A stretch of 64,000 nucleotides of DNA from Eledone cirrhosa (Eukaryota), in the NCBI GenBank assembly GCA_964016885.1, contig OZ024750.1, positions 48,546,001 through 48,610,000 on the forward strand, read 5' to 3'. The notes beneath the pieces were generated by a model that was not told the origin of the DNA, made no database searches, and worked only from the letters and a program-made list of their open reading frames with translations. Shown one piece after another: positions 41,961 through 59,511 of the stretch (its first letter is position 1; each line of letters opens with the position of its first letter). The position numbers and the translations under genes were made by a program.

Positions 41961-42736
41961 GTTTGAAGTGGTCAGTAAGCTCATTGAATTACAAGAATAA
42001 ACACGAGTCCTTAACTCCGTTGTTTCATTCGATATATGTTATAGAACGATACACCCACAGGCACATATACTAAACATCTCTTGCAAAAAAGAAAATTGAT
42101 TTCGCAATGTCCTATATTGGCAAGTGACGTCATTAAGTTGGAAAGCGAAGTGACCATCGAAAAACGGTTGAAGTCGATTTATAAAAAATGTTAATTAAAA
42201 TCAAAATGTTATCCCAAAGAGAGGAAATTGGAACGTTATCCACTGAAGGTTCCTTAAACACTGCAGAAGGGAAGTTTATGTTCCGAAATAGTGGACATAT
42301 AAAAAGTAAAACAACAAGAACAAAACAAAACAAAGATTACTAGGTAACTTTTATTTTCGTTACCTCATCTTACTGGCCATTTTCCATTGTTCAAGACATA
42401 GATTTAACCACACAATTTTGTGAAATCCAGGAAAAAATCAATAGAGCCTTAACTCAGAATAAAATAAAGTTTAAATACTCATCCTTCAATTTGGAAAAAA
42501 ATACAAATGCTCTGTATAGTCTTAAAAATAATATTTCACGAAACTTTCAGGTGGGATGGTCACGGTTTGAGTCGTTGGTCAGCAGAGCTCAAACACGATA
42601 ACCCTAGTACCACTGTTAGAATATGCCAACATGGGAATTTAAAAGCAGGCTAGTTCACATCATGCGTAATTATGAAATTATATAAATATATATATATATA
42701 TATTTATTTCTATATATATATATATATATATTTATT

Positions 42737-42836
<100 letters not shown>

Positions 42837-42860
42837 TATTTATTTATGTATATATGTATA

Positions 42861-42951
<91 letters not shown>

Positions 42952-42954
42952 TAT

Positions 42955-46026
<3,072 letters not shown>

Positions 46027-46028
46027 AT

Positions 46029-46916
46029 CTAAGGCGGGTAAAATTCCCGAGATCCATGGACGAGTTCTCTCCAGCGGTCTCTGTCCCTCATTATCGCTGC
46101 TATATCCTGCATCTCCAACAGACCAGTGTCTGTCCTTAGGGCATCAACATATGTTAACCTTGGTCTTCCTCTTCTAGTGTGTCCATGTAGGGGCTCCCAA
46201 AGGAGCACTGAGTGCAATGTCAACTCTGGATGTCGGTGAGCATGTCCAGCCAACCTCAGTCTTCTCTGTGTCACTTTTGAGCTGACTTTTGGGATGCTCC
46301 CATACAGCTCTGAGTTTTTCATCCTCAGTGTATACTGATTAATGTTCAGAGCCATCCTCATTGGCTCCCTACCTTTTTATCATCGTAGTGGACTATTGTA
46401 TGCGCCTTGCACTGGAGAAACACCAGGACTCTGGCTTTACTGTGGCACCGGCTCAGAGCAGGAGAGTTGGGGTGAAAAAGGTATCGGATGCTGAGTTTGC
46501 CGACGACATAGTTTTGGTGACAAATACAGTGAAGGAGGCAGGGGATTTGATGCGGGAAGTTGAGACTGTGTCGATGAGTGTGGGGCTGAGAATGAATGAG
46601 ACTAAAACAAAATATCTGGTAGAGAATGTTGAGAAGCCAGAGGGGATCACTAATGTAGGCGGGAAGCCGCTGGAATTGGTTGAGGACTTCCTGTATTTGG
46701 GAGCAAAGATTGGGAATACGGAAGATGATGTGGTTGAGAGGAAGAGCAAGGCCTGGGCGGCGTGTCACAGCTTGAGATCGGTGTGGAAGTCAGACCTTCG
46801 TAGAGACCTGAAAATCCGCCTCTTCATTGCTGTAGTGGAGTCTGTGCTGCTGTATGGGTCTGAGACTTGGACACTGACCAAGAGACTCACTCAGATGGTG
46901 GATGGGTGCTACACGA

Positions 46917-46920
<4 letters not shown>
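46029..46920 (-). mobile_element. Young 5'-truncated RTE-like LINE with 5' inversion, inserted in (TA)n
   Basis: Plus 46361-46920: LAPYLFIIVVD..EFADDIVL..FLYLG..VLLYGSETW..DGCYTR. Minus 46361-46029 continues RMALNI..RRLRLAGH..GRPRLTY to a stop followed directly by (AT)n. Confidence 0.88.
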
Positions 46921-46963
<43 letters not shown>

Positions 46964-46970
46964 CGTATGG

Positions 46971-47010
<40 letters not shown>

Positions 47011-47839
47011 GTATAATAAACAATACAATATAATTACCTCATTACCAGAGGATTCCCGAATAAGACGAATACGAAAAAAACCTCCTCATTCGTTCGTCGA
47101 ACAAGGCAATATAAAACATAGTGAAATATGTGGAAAGTCTCCTCAAGAAATGCAAAAAAATATATATATATATAAATAAAAGTAATGCAAGAGATATATA
47201 AAATATATAAAAAAATATAAGGAAATATAATTAGGTGTGTGTATATGTATGTATATACACTCACAAATGTACACATGTATGTATGTACAAATTCGTGTGA
47301 ATGGGGAAAATGTGTGCGTAAGTACATATATGAGGGCAAATATATTTGTGTATATGTAATCACAAATACGGATATAACATGAGTTGAAAAAGAAAATGAT
47401 AATCTAGTTGACACGTATCCAGAAACAGGTATTAGATACATATACGAGTATGAAAGCACGCGTATAAACACACAGACACGCGCGGACACTTATATGCGGA
47501 AGATAAAGAGGGAAGGGAGTATAATATTTAAAAGAAAGTGTCATTCCGCTATATGTATAAAAATGGAACAATATATGAGAAAGAAAAGAAATATTAAATG
47601 AAAGAGAAAGTAGTCAATTAACACTAGAGAAAAGAAAAGAAAAGAAAACAAAACAAACATAAGGTGGACGCATACATACACATATATCTATAAGAAACAT
47701 ATATCCATAAAAAATATTTATACACGCAAATACGTACAGACAAATGCGCATGCGTTCGTACATACATACACAGGATGCACGTATATACATACATACATAT
47801 CGCCCCATGTATATCTAATCACACGTACGTACGCGACTG

Positions 47840-47894
<55 letters not shown>

Positions 47895-49138
47895 GTACAG
47901 CACTCTTCAGTCAATAGGATTTTAAACCAATACTGAACATGGATAAATACCCTTTGGATTACTCTATCAAGAATATCCCAACACCTTCTAACTCTTTCTA
48001 CACGAAAATGCTGAGAGACAAGTAGAGAAGGTTGTTAAAAGAATGAGATGGAAAGCTTTGATTCTCGATGGTCTCTTTAACACAGATTCTACGGAACATG
48101 TTGACATCAAAACTCATAAATACACGCAAAGAGTAAAATATATGACCTCTTTTGAACTAGACTTAGTTAACCTAATCATCAATATCAATTTCCGTAAGTA
48201 CTCTAAACCTTTTCAATCTAAACTATCTAATGATATTTCTATATTCAAATCTTTTAAAAATAAGTTCATTTTCTCCGACAAAACTAAAAACCTATACGAA
48301 GTTAACAATAATTTACACGACCAACTATTAATAGATAACATCACCTCTAAATACCAAATAGCTAATATAAACACGTATCATAATATAAATAAGGAAGCTA
48401 AAGAATTAGCTAGTTCTTTAAAAAATAGATAATAGGACAGAAAAACTTGCTAAACGTAATGCATATATCACCCTTAAAGATCACAAACCTGACTTTATTA
48501 ATCGTCCTAGTTGTAGATTAATCAACCCTGCTAAGACTGATATCGGTCTTGCCAGCAAAAAAATTTTAAATAATATAAACACACACATTAGGAGTAAGTC
48601 TAAATTACTCCAATGGATAAATAGCTCTTCCGTAGTACATTGGTTTAATAAAATTAAAGATAAAAATAGTTCTAGATTCACCCAATTTGACATTGTTGAT
48701 TTCTACACATCTATCACTCAGACTCTTTTAAGGAAAGTCTTAAATTTCGCTAGAAAGTTTACCAATATCTTTGCACGCTAGAAACACTGTACTCTTTACT
48801 GATAATGACACTCGGGTAAAAATATCTAACCCAGAGAGCCCATTCGATGTCTCAATGGGATCCTTTGACAGTGCCGATGTTTGTGATTTAGTCGGCCTAT
48901 GCCTCCTACACACACATAAAGAACAATTCCCTAACCATATTTTTGGGCTTTATCGCGACGATGGTCTAATACTTTCGCATACCACCATAGGCCATAACTT
49001 AGATAGATTAAGGAAAGACTTAATAAAAACCTTTGCTAGTTTTAATCTTAAAATTACTATTGACACTAACCTTTCCAATGTTAATTTTCACTTAAATTAT
49101 TCTCTTTAAACACTACTATTTCTTACTTTCATTTTTAA

Positions 49139-49275
49139 CCTTATTTTTATTTTTATTTTTATTTTTATTTTTATTTTTATTTTTATTTTTATTTTTATTT
49201 TTATTTTTATTTTTATTTTTATTTTTATTTTTATTTTTATTTTTATTTTTATTTTTATTTTTATTTTTATTTTTA

Positions 49276-49306
<31 letters not shown>

Positions 49307-49366
49307 TTTTTTTATTTTTATTTTTTTTTTTATTTTTTTTTTATTTTTATTTTTATTTTTATTTTT
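49139..49366 (+). repeat. (TTTTTA)n microsatellite
   Basis: Direct read. Confidence 0.9.
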
Positions 49367-50569
49367 ACTTCACATCCACCAGTACCCCCCCCCCCATTTA
49401 ATCTTTCGATTCACTTACCTAATATGCTCACATTCCACATTTTACTTCCCTATTTTATTTACTACCTGATTAAACAGGTCACTTGCGTTTTCCACTCCAG
49501 ATATTTACTGTTGTGTCGCAGCCGATTTTATATTTGTAGCCATTTATACATAAGGCTGCTTTAATACAAGTTATCTATGTGTCTGAGCTTCTTTATGTGT
49601 CTATACGTTCTGTATATGTACACGAACGCCTCCGTATGCGCGGGTGTGTGCGTGTATATATATATGTGTGTGTATGTGTGTTTTTATATCTGTTATTTTA
49701 CATCTATGTTTTGTTACATTGTTATTTATATGTGTGTGTATATAAGCGAGTGAATATACGCGAATGTGTATGTGTATGTGTGTATATATGTATTGTTTGT
49801 ATGGGTGTGTATGTGTACGTGTCTATATATATATATATATATATACAGTCGCGTACGTACGTGTGATTAGATATACATGGGGCGATATGTATGTATGTAT
49901 ATACGTGCATCCTGTGTATGTATGTACGCACGCATGCGCTTTTGTCTGTACGTATTTGCGTGTATAAATATTTTTTATAGATATATGTTTCTTATAGATA
50001 TATGTGTATGTATGCGTCTACCTATCTTTGTTTTCTTTTCCTTTCTCTAGTGTTAATTGACTACTTTCTCTTTCATTTAATATTTTTTTCTTTCGCATAT
50101 ATTGTTTCATTTTTATACATATAGCGGAATGACACTTTCTTTTAAATATTATACTCCCTTCCCTCTTTATCTTCCGCATATAAGTGTCCGCGCGTGTCTG
50201 TGTGTTTATACGCGTGCTTTCATACTCGTATATGTATCTAATACCTGTTTCTGGATACGTGTCAACTAGATTATCATTTTCTTTTTCAACTCATATTATA
50301 TCCGTATTCGTTGTTACATATACACAAATATACTTGCCCTCATATATGTAGTTACTCACACATTTTGCCCATACACACGCATTTGTACATACATACATAT
50401 GTACATTTGTGAGTGTATATACATACATATACACACACCTAACTATATTTCCTTATATTTTTTTATATATTTTATATACCTCTTGCATTACTTTTATTTA
50501 TATATATATATTTCTTTTTTTTGCATTTCTTGAAGAGACTTTCCAAATATTTCACTATGTTTTATATTG

Positions 50570-50640
50570 CCTTGTCCGACGAACGAACGAGGAGGTTTAT
50601 TTTCGTATTCGTCTTATTCGGGAAACCTCTGGTAATGAGG
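50570..50640 (+). ncRNA. Degenerate HHR in the Naiad 3' UTR (mirror ~47037-47106)
   Basis: CCTTGT-CCGACGA-aCGAA..TTCGg-GAAA-CCtctGG-TA-ATGAGG; core U4 is altered. Confidence 0.5.
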
Positions 50641-50740
50641 TAATTATATTGTATTGTTTATTATAAATTAAATTTTGCTCTGGTACATAGAGCACTCTTC
50701 ACACCTATAACTTTTTCAATTTTCAACGGAAACTTCAATA

Positions 50741-50791
<51 letters not shown>

Positions 50792-50929
50792 GTTATATAG
50801 TAAGGTGCATTATTGGTTGTGTAAAATGGTCCAATATCTTTATGTTAGCAATATTAAGTTCTCCACCCATTTGTATATCTCCAATTCCATTCGAGGGAAC
50901 AGCTAGATGATGTGAAACGGAGTATAAGT

Positions 50930-53030
50930 ATCAAAATGAAAATCCGAAGGCACGGTAAAATTCCAATCATTTAATCACGACACATGTTTTAATATGAGAT
51001 AGATCGATTGTGAAGCCATGATCGATTATCACTGATCTCATCAGGTGAAAATGAATTGTCTTCAATTTTTTGATATGAGGGAGAAAAAAAAAACGATGTT
51101 CTCTCACAGAATTCATTCCCTCATATGGAGACACACCAGTCAGTCAGAGACATGGCGAGCTTTAGTTGAGGACATAAAAGTTTTCAGTTTTCTATCTCTG
51201 CAAAAGACGCTGGACATCAATCAAATCTGTAGCCATACAGTCAGTGGGTACACACACACTCCACACACATATACATCGGCTCGAGGTCAAAGAAAATATA
51301 TACATATATATACACACATCAACACAGTATTAAACCCGTAGAATTAGCGTAGGTGGGTACACACACATTTTCATACACACTGAAGCGATGTCCGAGGAAA
51401 AACAAATATAAGAATGTACCAACACAGCAGACACCGAAAGTTAGTTCGCAAAGCAACAGAAGCTATGTCGGTCAAATCTCAATTTGACGATGTAAATTGG
51501 AAATATTGGGTTAACCAACGCTACACACATACACACACACACACGCGCGCGGCGCCTGCGCGCAAGTAAGTTCAGTTCAATGTTCCACTATACGTGTATA
51601 GATCCAATTGTAACATCCATATCTTCAAGTGTGTGTTATGGTATATGGTATATACACATCCGAATCGTCCAAAAAATGGGGGGGGGGGATGTCCGGCTAT
51701 ATACACATCCATGTGAAGAGCAAGCAATCAGCTTATGTCGAACACCTTGTGTACGGTTGTCCAGTTGAGAAACCGAGTCGCCAAATCAATGCCTGCAAGC
51801 AACTGCAATGTGGGCCGGCAAAGGGCTCCGTGTAGGGTGGGTATTGGGTAAATGCGCCCGCAAGTGCGTTTCCCGTCACATGGGCCAATGAGCTTTTAAG
51901 ATAGTTGTTTGAGTGGTGGAGGTGTGTTATCCAACACAGAAGGGGAAGTAAGAAAACACAGGACAGTAAAATCCAAAGGATGGATGTCGGCCCATTAATG
52001 GTGTGTCAGTATCATTGTTCAATCCGTAACAGTGAGTCCTCCATGGTTAGATGATCACGCATGAAAACCTGGTGTAGTGTCCAGTCGGTAGGAACGTAAC
52101 AGTTGTAAATGTGGGAGCTCAATGTCTAAATGAAGCGGGTACTTTGTGTAGAGAACGTAATCGGTCCTAACTAAGTGTGTAATCAATCTAACTATTTACT
52201 ACACAAGGAGTTCGACATGAACTGATTGCTTGCTCGTCACATGGATGTGTATATACCCGGACATACCCCCCCCCCCATTTTTGGGACGATTCGGATGTGT
52301 ATATACCATATACCATAACAAACACTTGAAGATATGGATGTTACAATTGGATCTATACACGTATAGCGGAACACTGTACTGAACGTACCTGCGCGCACGC
52401 GTGTGTGTGTGTGTGCATGTGTGTAGGCTTGGTTAACCCAATATTTCCAATTTACATCGTCAAATTGAGATTTGACCGACATAGCTTATGTTGCTTTGCT
52501 AACTAACTTTCGGTGAGTGCTGTGTTGGTACATTCTTATATTTGTTTTTCCTCGGACATCGCTTCGGTGTGTGGGAAAGTGTGTGTGTACCCACCCACGC
52601 TAATTCTACGGGTTTAATACTGTGTTGATGTGTGTATATATATGTATATATTTTTCTTTGACCTCGAGCCGATGTATATGTGTGTGGAGTGTGTGTGTAC
52701 CCACTTACTTCTAACTGTGACTGACTGTATCCCTACAGATTTGATTGATGTCCAGCGTCTTTTACAGCGATAGAAATCTGAAAACTTTGATGACCTCAAC
52801 TAAAGCTAATAGCAGTCGCCATGTCTCTGACTGACTGGTGTGTCTCCATATGAGGGAATGAATTCTGTGAGAGAACATCGTTTTTTTTTCTCCCTCATAT
52901 CAAGAATTTGAAGACAATTCATTTTCACCTAATGAGACCAGTGATAATCGATCATGGCTTCACAATCGATCTATCTCTTATTGAAACATGTGTCGAGATT
53001 AAATGATTGACTTCGGATTTTCATTTTGAT
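50930..53030. mobile_element. Fold-back element with ~825 bp inverted arms (50930-51753 / 52200-53030) and a 450 bp spacer
   Basis: ATCAAAATGAAAATCCGAAG mirrored by CTTCGGATTTTCATTTTGAT; possible HHR remnant near the outer ends. Confidence 0.78.
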
Positions 53031-53095
53031 ATATATATATATATACATCTCTCTCTCTCTCTATATATATATATATAGATATATATATATATATA

Positions 53096-53187
<92 letters not shown>

Positions 53188-53195
53188 TATGTGTG

Positions 53196-53246
<51 letters not shown>

Positions 53247-53251
53247 GCATG

Positions 53252-53298
<47 letters not shown>

Positions 53299-53949
53299 GT
53301 TCTTTTTCGATTTAGTTTATCTTTCTATATATGTAAAGAGTACACCTTTACAACACAATATGCCATAGACATGAATTTATTGTAACACAAATATAGTTTG
53401 GCATACACACTGAATCCTAGAGAAACGACACCAAAATAATTTATATATAGTCTGGAATGTATTGAATTGTATATGCATAACATGTAATCCATTTATATTG
53501 TGATTCTATGATACCGTAAGCAGAGGAAAATATTTGAAGTAGGTAATTGTGTCCACTCGCAGATTCTTAAATATCTGACATGTACGTGTAATGGATATCT
53601 GAAAGCTTATAAGTACTACCCCGAACACAGAATGTTTAGAAATATTTTGTTTATGATATATATATATATAATTACTTTCGATTATTTGTGCTGGTTGAGT
53701 GAAGCAATCGACCGAATATAGCGTAAAACGAGGTAAGACACCCACGTCTTGTGTACCATATGTTATTATGTATACGGTACCTGACAGAATGAGAATATCA
53801 GGAAAAGTATGATAAACGTGATCACATATTAAAAATCAAATTATTACATTGTACTCATTGTGTACTTTTCTAAGAAACTGTAATATACCGAAATATTGAT
53901 GAAAAAAAGTATTGTGCTTCGTTGATGACTGTCATATGAATAAGTATAA

Positions 53950-54450
53950 TACATTTCGTGCCAGTTCCCGTTACAAAGTACTTTGAAACACAAACTGGCG
54001 TGAAAGCTGGTGTGCTTATTCACGTGACTGCATCAACCAACCAAATTTCACTCATATATGAAAAATAAATCTGAGACCCCCTTTTTTTTAAGGCAATTAT
54101 AATAAGAAGTTTGTAACGCAAACTGGCGCGATATTTATTATACTTATTCGTATGACAGTCATCAACCAAGCACATAACTTTTCTAAAAATCTAGTATTTC
54201 GAGTAAGGTTCTTCCATATAAAATAGAAGTAACATTCGAACACCCCCAGATGCGAGAAAAACCACAAACCCTCCATCTCATTTCTACTCTCATAAGCAGA
54301 AAAACTCCGAAACCAGTAAAGGAACCGAATAAATATATTTTTCTTAAAAAAGACTCGAGTTGCATTTCGATTTCATCTTTTTTTATTTATACTTTCACTC
54401 GTGTAGGACACCTCGTTTTTTTTCATTTTGTAAAAAAACCTCTCTTTCTA
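53950..54450 (+). mobile_element. Neptune-PLE 3' UTR fragment, diverged
   Basis: Homologous to 44800-45260; ends at CTTTCTA-(AT)n. Confidence 0.72.
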
Positions 54451-54535
<85 letters not shown>

Positions 54536-54791
54536 GTTTGTGTATGGAATTGTTTCCATTGCTCATAATTTGAATATGACCGCCATAAAAAGGGGTTACG
54601 TCCCTTTGGAGTAGCATGTGCTATCACACCGGGATTTGGGTTAGAACGAAAGCCTGTTGAGAAAGTTAGTCCTCTGTTCGATCTTCCAGAAACCGAACGC
54701 CACAAGCGAATTTAGTTGATTTCAGATTTACAGAAACCCCACTTAGATATTCAATAATTTCGAAGTGTCACTCAAGATATATTATATATAC

Positions 54792-54870
<79 letters not shown>

Positions 54871-55374
54871 CATATACACCTGAATTCCTTTTAGAGTTCA
54901 TTGTCATGCGCATGTATTGTTTTTTTGGCGGTAATTTACTTCCTCATTTTTGAATCAGTTTGTGCATTTCTTTAGAACTGCTGGACTGGCAACCTGACAG
55001 ATACCCCAGGAAAAGATGATGATTATCGCTAAATACTGATGTTGGTTAGATTATCAATATTAGTATTATTGGGGTACCCACTGATTAGTTATAGGAGCCC
55101 ACTTGAATATATATCTATTGATGGTATACAAGCTCCTACATAAATTGGTATAATTTCACCCAAATTGTAGGAATCCTATAATGAAACGAGACGTCCGTCT
55201 GGGAAGAGATATATTCGATATGTCTCATATGAAATAACACAGCCAATTTTCCACGCAATACTTTTAGTTAGCACACCGAACGCATAATTGGGAATATAAT
55301 CACCTATTTCCTAATGTTTGTTGAGTGAGTTGGAATTTGGCCGGAGTATCGCTAAAAAGCTTTCTCTGATATTG

Positions 55375-55918
<544 letters not shown>

Positions 55919-55964
55919 ATATATATATATATATATATATATTGATAGTTAGAGAGAGAGAGGG

Positions 55965-56096
55965 AAGAGGTAACACAACATTTAATAACAGTTAGTTCAC
56001 CACACCGTCAACACTTGTTGTGTTACCACTTCTACCTAACTCGTCCCATGGTCTGAGCGTTCTACCACTACGGATATAAACTTCCAGTGTTCTACC

Positions 56097-56098
<2 letters not shown>
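55965..56098. repeat. Partial palindromic MITE (30268 family)
   Basis: CTCGTCCCATGGTCTGAGCGTTCTACCACTACGGATATAAACTTCCAGTGTTCTACC. Confidence 0.6.
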
Positions 56099-56128
<30 letters not shown>

Positions 56129-56134
56129 TATATT

Positions 56135-58810
56135 AACCTAGATTTATTAAAATAACAGATTAAAGTTTAAGCAAAGAATCGCTGCTTTCACACTTAACGG
56201 GATCTTCTGAAACTAACAAAGTTAATCTGTAAACGCAGAACTGGATATTTCAAAAAACGTTGCAACCGGAGGAAGACAGGAAGACGATACTTTGGTTCGT
56301 GGAAACATTCGCTGGCAAAGAATGGGAAAAAACGAATAATACGTCATTAATAGGAGCGGTGAAAAACAATTACGCGCAAAGACAGAACCACGTTTATGGT
56401 ATAAAAGAGGTCGTAGACTAATGTTCTCTTAGGTGGTGCATAGATACGTTCTCTGGCAATGAACAAAAAAACGAAGATAATGAGTCATATGTGGAGCGTG
56501 GAGAACAATAGCACGCAAAGACAAAACCACGTAAATGGTATAGCAGAAGTCGTAGACTAAAATTCTAACTAGGAGACCAAATGAATCTCCGCTACAGAGT
56601 TAAGAACAAAGTAAATAAATACAATACAGAAGTAATAGAAACAAGTAAATGCATACACGCAAACAGATACGTACATACACAAGCATACGCAAAACCTTAC
56701 CATAGGTATACAAAACCACGCACATATAAATATGTGTGTGTGTGTATGCTTGTGTACAAATAAATAAATAATTATATAAACGTATATAAGTAAATAAATA
56801 CGTATATAACAAGCGCGCACACATACCTACAAATATATACACGAATGTTCGGAGACGTAAGTCAACTAAAAGAAGAAGTACACATATACACACACCCACC
56901 ATACGTACGAACCAGCATACTCACGCAGACGCAAAACTCCCGCATACACATAGCCAAACCCTAAATACCAGAATATGTAAAAAGTATACGCCAAACAGTC
57001 AAATATACGTACGAGAAGGTATACATACCTTCACAAAACATACGGGTAATATATACTTACATATGCAATAAGTAAAGGAATAAACAAAACATATACTTAG
57101 CTCCCACATCAAGACGTAAAATATCCACGTATAGATCGTGCTATCCGTTAGGGAATAACGTGGGGCTGTAATACAGGAAAGTTTTGTGCAATTTATGTTT
57201 ACAAGCCGAAATTGCCTCGGATTTTTTGTTTAAGATATGGTCTGTGGCGTAGAGTATTTCCAGGGCCTCAGCGGCACAGAGGTCACATGGTCTTTTATTA
57301 CTGTTATACGATCTAGCCCTAGCTAGGTTCTCCCAGTTTAACTTATATTGGATGTGGTTGTCTTTTAGACTCCAGATATAAGCTGAAAGTGACGTCATAT
57401 TCCTTCTTAGAGGGTAACGAAAAGAATAGGTATGCATGTAAAGACGCTGCTTGAAACTATTGGCGGTTAACCCTATGTAGGCTCTACGGGACGTGCGTGT
57501 TTCAACCTTACATTTGTAGACAATGTTACTAGAGAGGCATTTCCCGGATAGGGGGCAATCAGCTCGATTACTACAATTACAGTTAGTACTACCTACAGGG
57601 TTGCACGTGTTCCTACGGCTAGGTAGTTTAGCTAAATTTGAAGCTGTGATGTTATGTGCAAGGTTAGGAGTCGTAGAGTAAGACATTTTAATAGTATTTC
57701 TATTAAAAAATGTTACTATATTTATGTGTAGGGGGAAAATGCTTCGTACTAAGGGAAAGAAAGATCTTAGCTAATGGTGTGGCCACCTCCATATTATATG
57801 GTGGGTTAAACCAACAAATGCGACGGGATCTATTTCTTCTAGGTCTATTTTCGTACTCTGTATATGCTACCTTATCGACAAATCCACTTCGATAAAGAGC
57901 ATCATTGTAATAAGTGGAATGGTCGTTGAAAATGCGCTCGTTGGTGGAAAGACGGGAAAGCCTCAACGAAACGTTTTTACCAGGTTCTTGGTTATGCTGG
58001 CAGGATGATTGGAATGCTTACTTATGTAATTAAGCGTATCATTCGGCTTTCTATACGGGTAATACAACCCATTCAATAAATTGAGGGTAACATCGAGGTA
58101 ATTAACGACCGAGAGATTGGCCTCAACCTGTATAGAGAGGTTGAAGCCTTTAAAGAAGGCTGTGAGTTCTTTTCTGAACCTGTCGCAAGCACGAGGTCCG
58201 CAATTAGTCATGGTCAAAAGACCATCGTCACGGTACAAACTGCCGCCCGCGTTGGGGAATTCGTCCTTGATAGAGAAAAGAAGGAAAAGGCCAATAAGAT
58301 CAGTAACCTCCGCAGAGTCACTGGCGCCCATATTCACGTCGAATGGGGTACTATTGGATTTGTTAATCCAAATAGAGTCGTCGAAATTAATCACCCACTT
58401 TCGGGCATTAAGGATGACATCAACTTCGAAATCCTTAAACACTGTGAGTGTTTTAGCGAAATTGATAGCTCTAAGGAGAAGTGGTAAAGTGATGGAGGAG
58501 TAGTAATTATTGATGTCGAATTGGATAAAATCACCGCGAAAGAATTGTTCCACAGTGCGAGAGGGGCCAAACTTCTAATTTCAGGTATAATTCTCTCAAG
58601 AATCGTTTTACTAAGTCTACCTAAATCGGACTTCGTAGGGTTAATAAGCCGAAAAGAGGGGTTGTTCGGAAAATTGGATTTGTGATCCTTCAGGGCAAAA
58701 TGGGGAGAGATAGGGTCCAGAGGTTCGGTCCGGTCCAGGATGTTGAGATCAGATGTGATTTTAAACCCAGCATCGTTGATTACGGTTCCTATATATTTGA
58801 TATACATTTT
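56135..58810 (-). mobile_element. 5'-truncated Naiad-type PLE (RT + C-terminal GIY-YIG), three frame disruptions
   Basis: LKDHKSNF..RLINPTKSDLG, QFDINNYY, MGASDSAEVTDLIG, LYRDDGL, YLDVTLNL, WFNPPY, CNC..CPLSGKCL..IVYKC..YIGLT..CDLC. Confidence 0.9.
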
Positions 58811-58867
58811 CCTTACCGAGCCCTCTTTGGATTTTAGTCTCCAATTTTATTATTATTACTATATTAA

Positions 58868-58913
<46 letters not shown>

Positions 58914-58949
58914 CCTATATATATATATATATATATATATGAATGATTT

Positions 58950-59010
58950 TTTCATTCTGATGAATGAAAGCAAATTTCGTTTGCTTTCAAGAAACCACTG
59001 GTCAATGAAA
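58950..59010 (+). ncRNA. Type I hammerhead ribozyme, intact, on a ~100 bp island between (TA)n tracts
   Basis: TTTCATT-CTGATGA-aTGAAAGCAAA(tttcg)TTTGCTTTCAa-GAAA-CC(act)GG-TC-AATGAAA; GUC site at 59003. Confidence 0.85.
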
Positions 59011-59035
59011 TAAATGCCTTGTGTTGTTTATTACA

Positions 59036-59081
<46 letters not shown>

Positions 59082-59387
59082 ACATGTTAGCTTTTTAACA
59101 ATTATAACAAAGGCAAGTTATTCTATATATATCATATCATTACTTTTGGATAGGATCAAACCCTCCGAAACGAACGTAAACATATGAATGAGATATGTAA
59201 TAGATCAGACTCTGTATATGAAATATTGGCTCACTAAAATACAAGCTTATGAATTTCCTAACTAATATCCAACCGTACCAATCACAGGATCTCACTGAAT
59301 TGCATTTCAAAGGAATGCATTGAGTTCTATATACGGTATAGACCAACTGGGAAAGGTAGAGCATATTGTATACACACACACACACGC

Positions 59388-59481
<94 letters not shown>

Positions 59482-59511
59482 GTATATATATACATATATA
59501 TATATATATTT

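Larger units (their letters stand above)
47014..50745 (+). mobile_element. Naiad-type PLE with internal deletion and ~830 bp inverted 3' UTR copy (47014-47850 vs 49830-50665)
   Basis: Coding 47939-49085: YSIKNIPTPS..KRMRWKA, DKTKNLY, LKDHKPDF..RLINPAKTDIG, QFDIVDFY, MGSFDSADVCDLVG, LYRDDGL. No endonuclease remains. Confidence 0.85.

Noticed and set aside
57690-57985. Programmed frameshifting in the Naiad ORF
   Set aside because: The shifts are single-base indels in homopolymers (T6, A5), and the copy also has a deletion near 58540. Decay or sequencing error is the simpler explanation.
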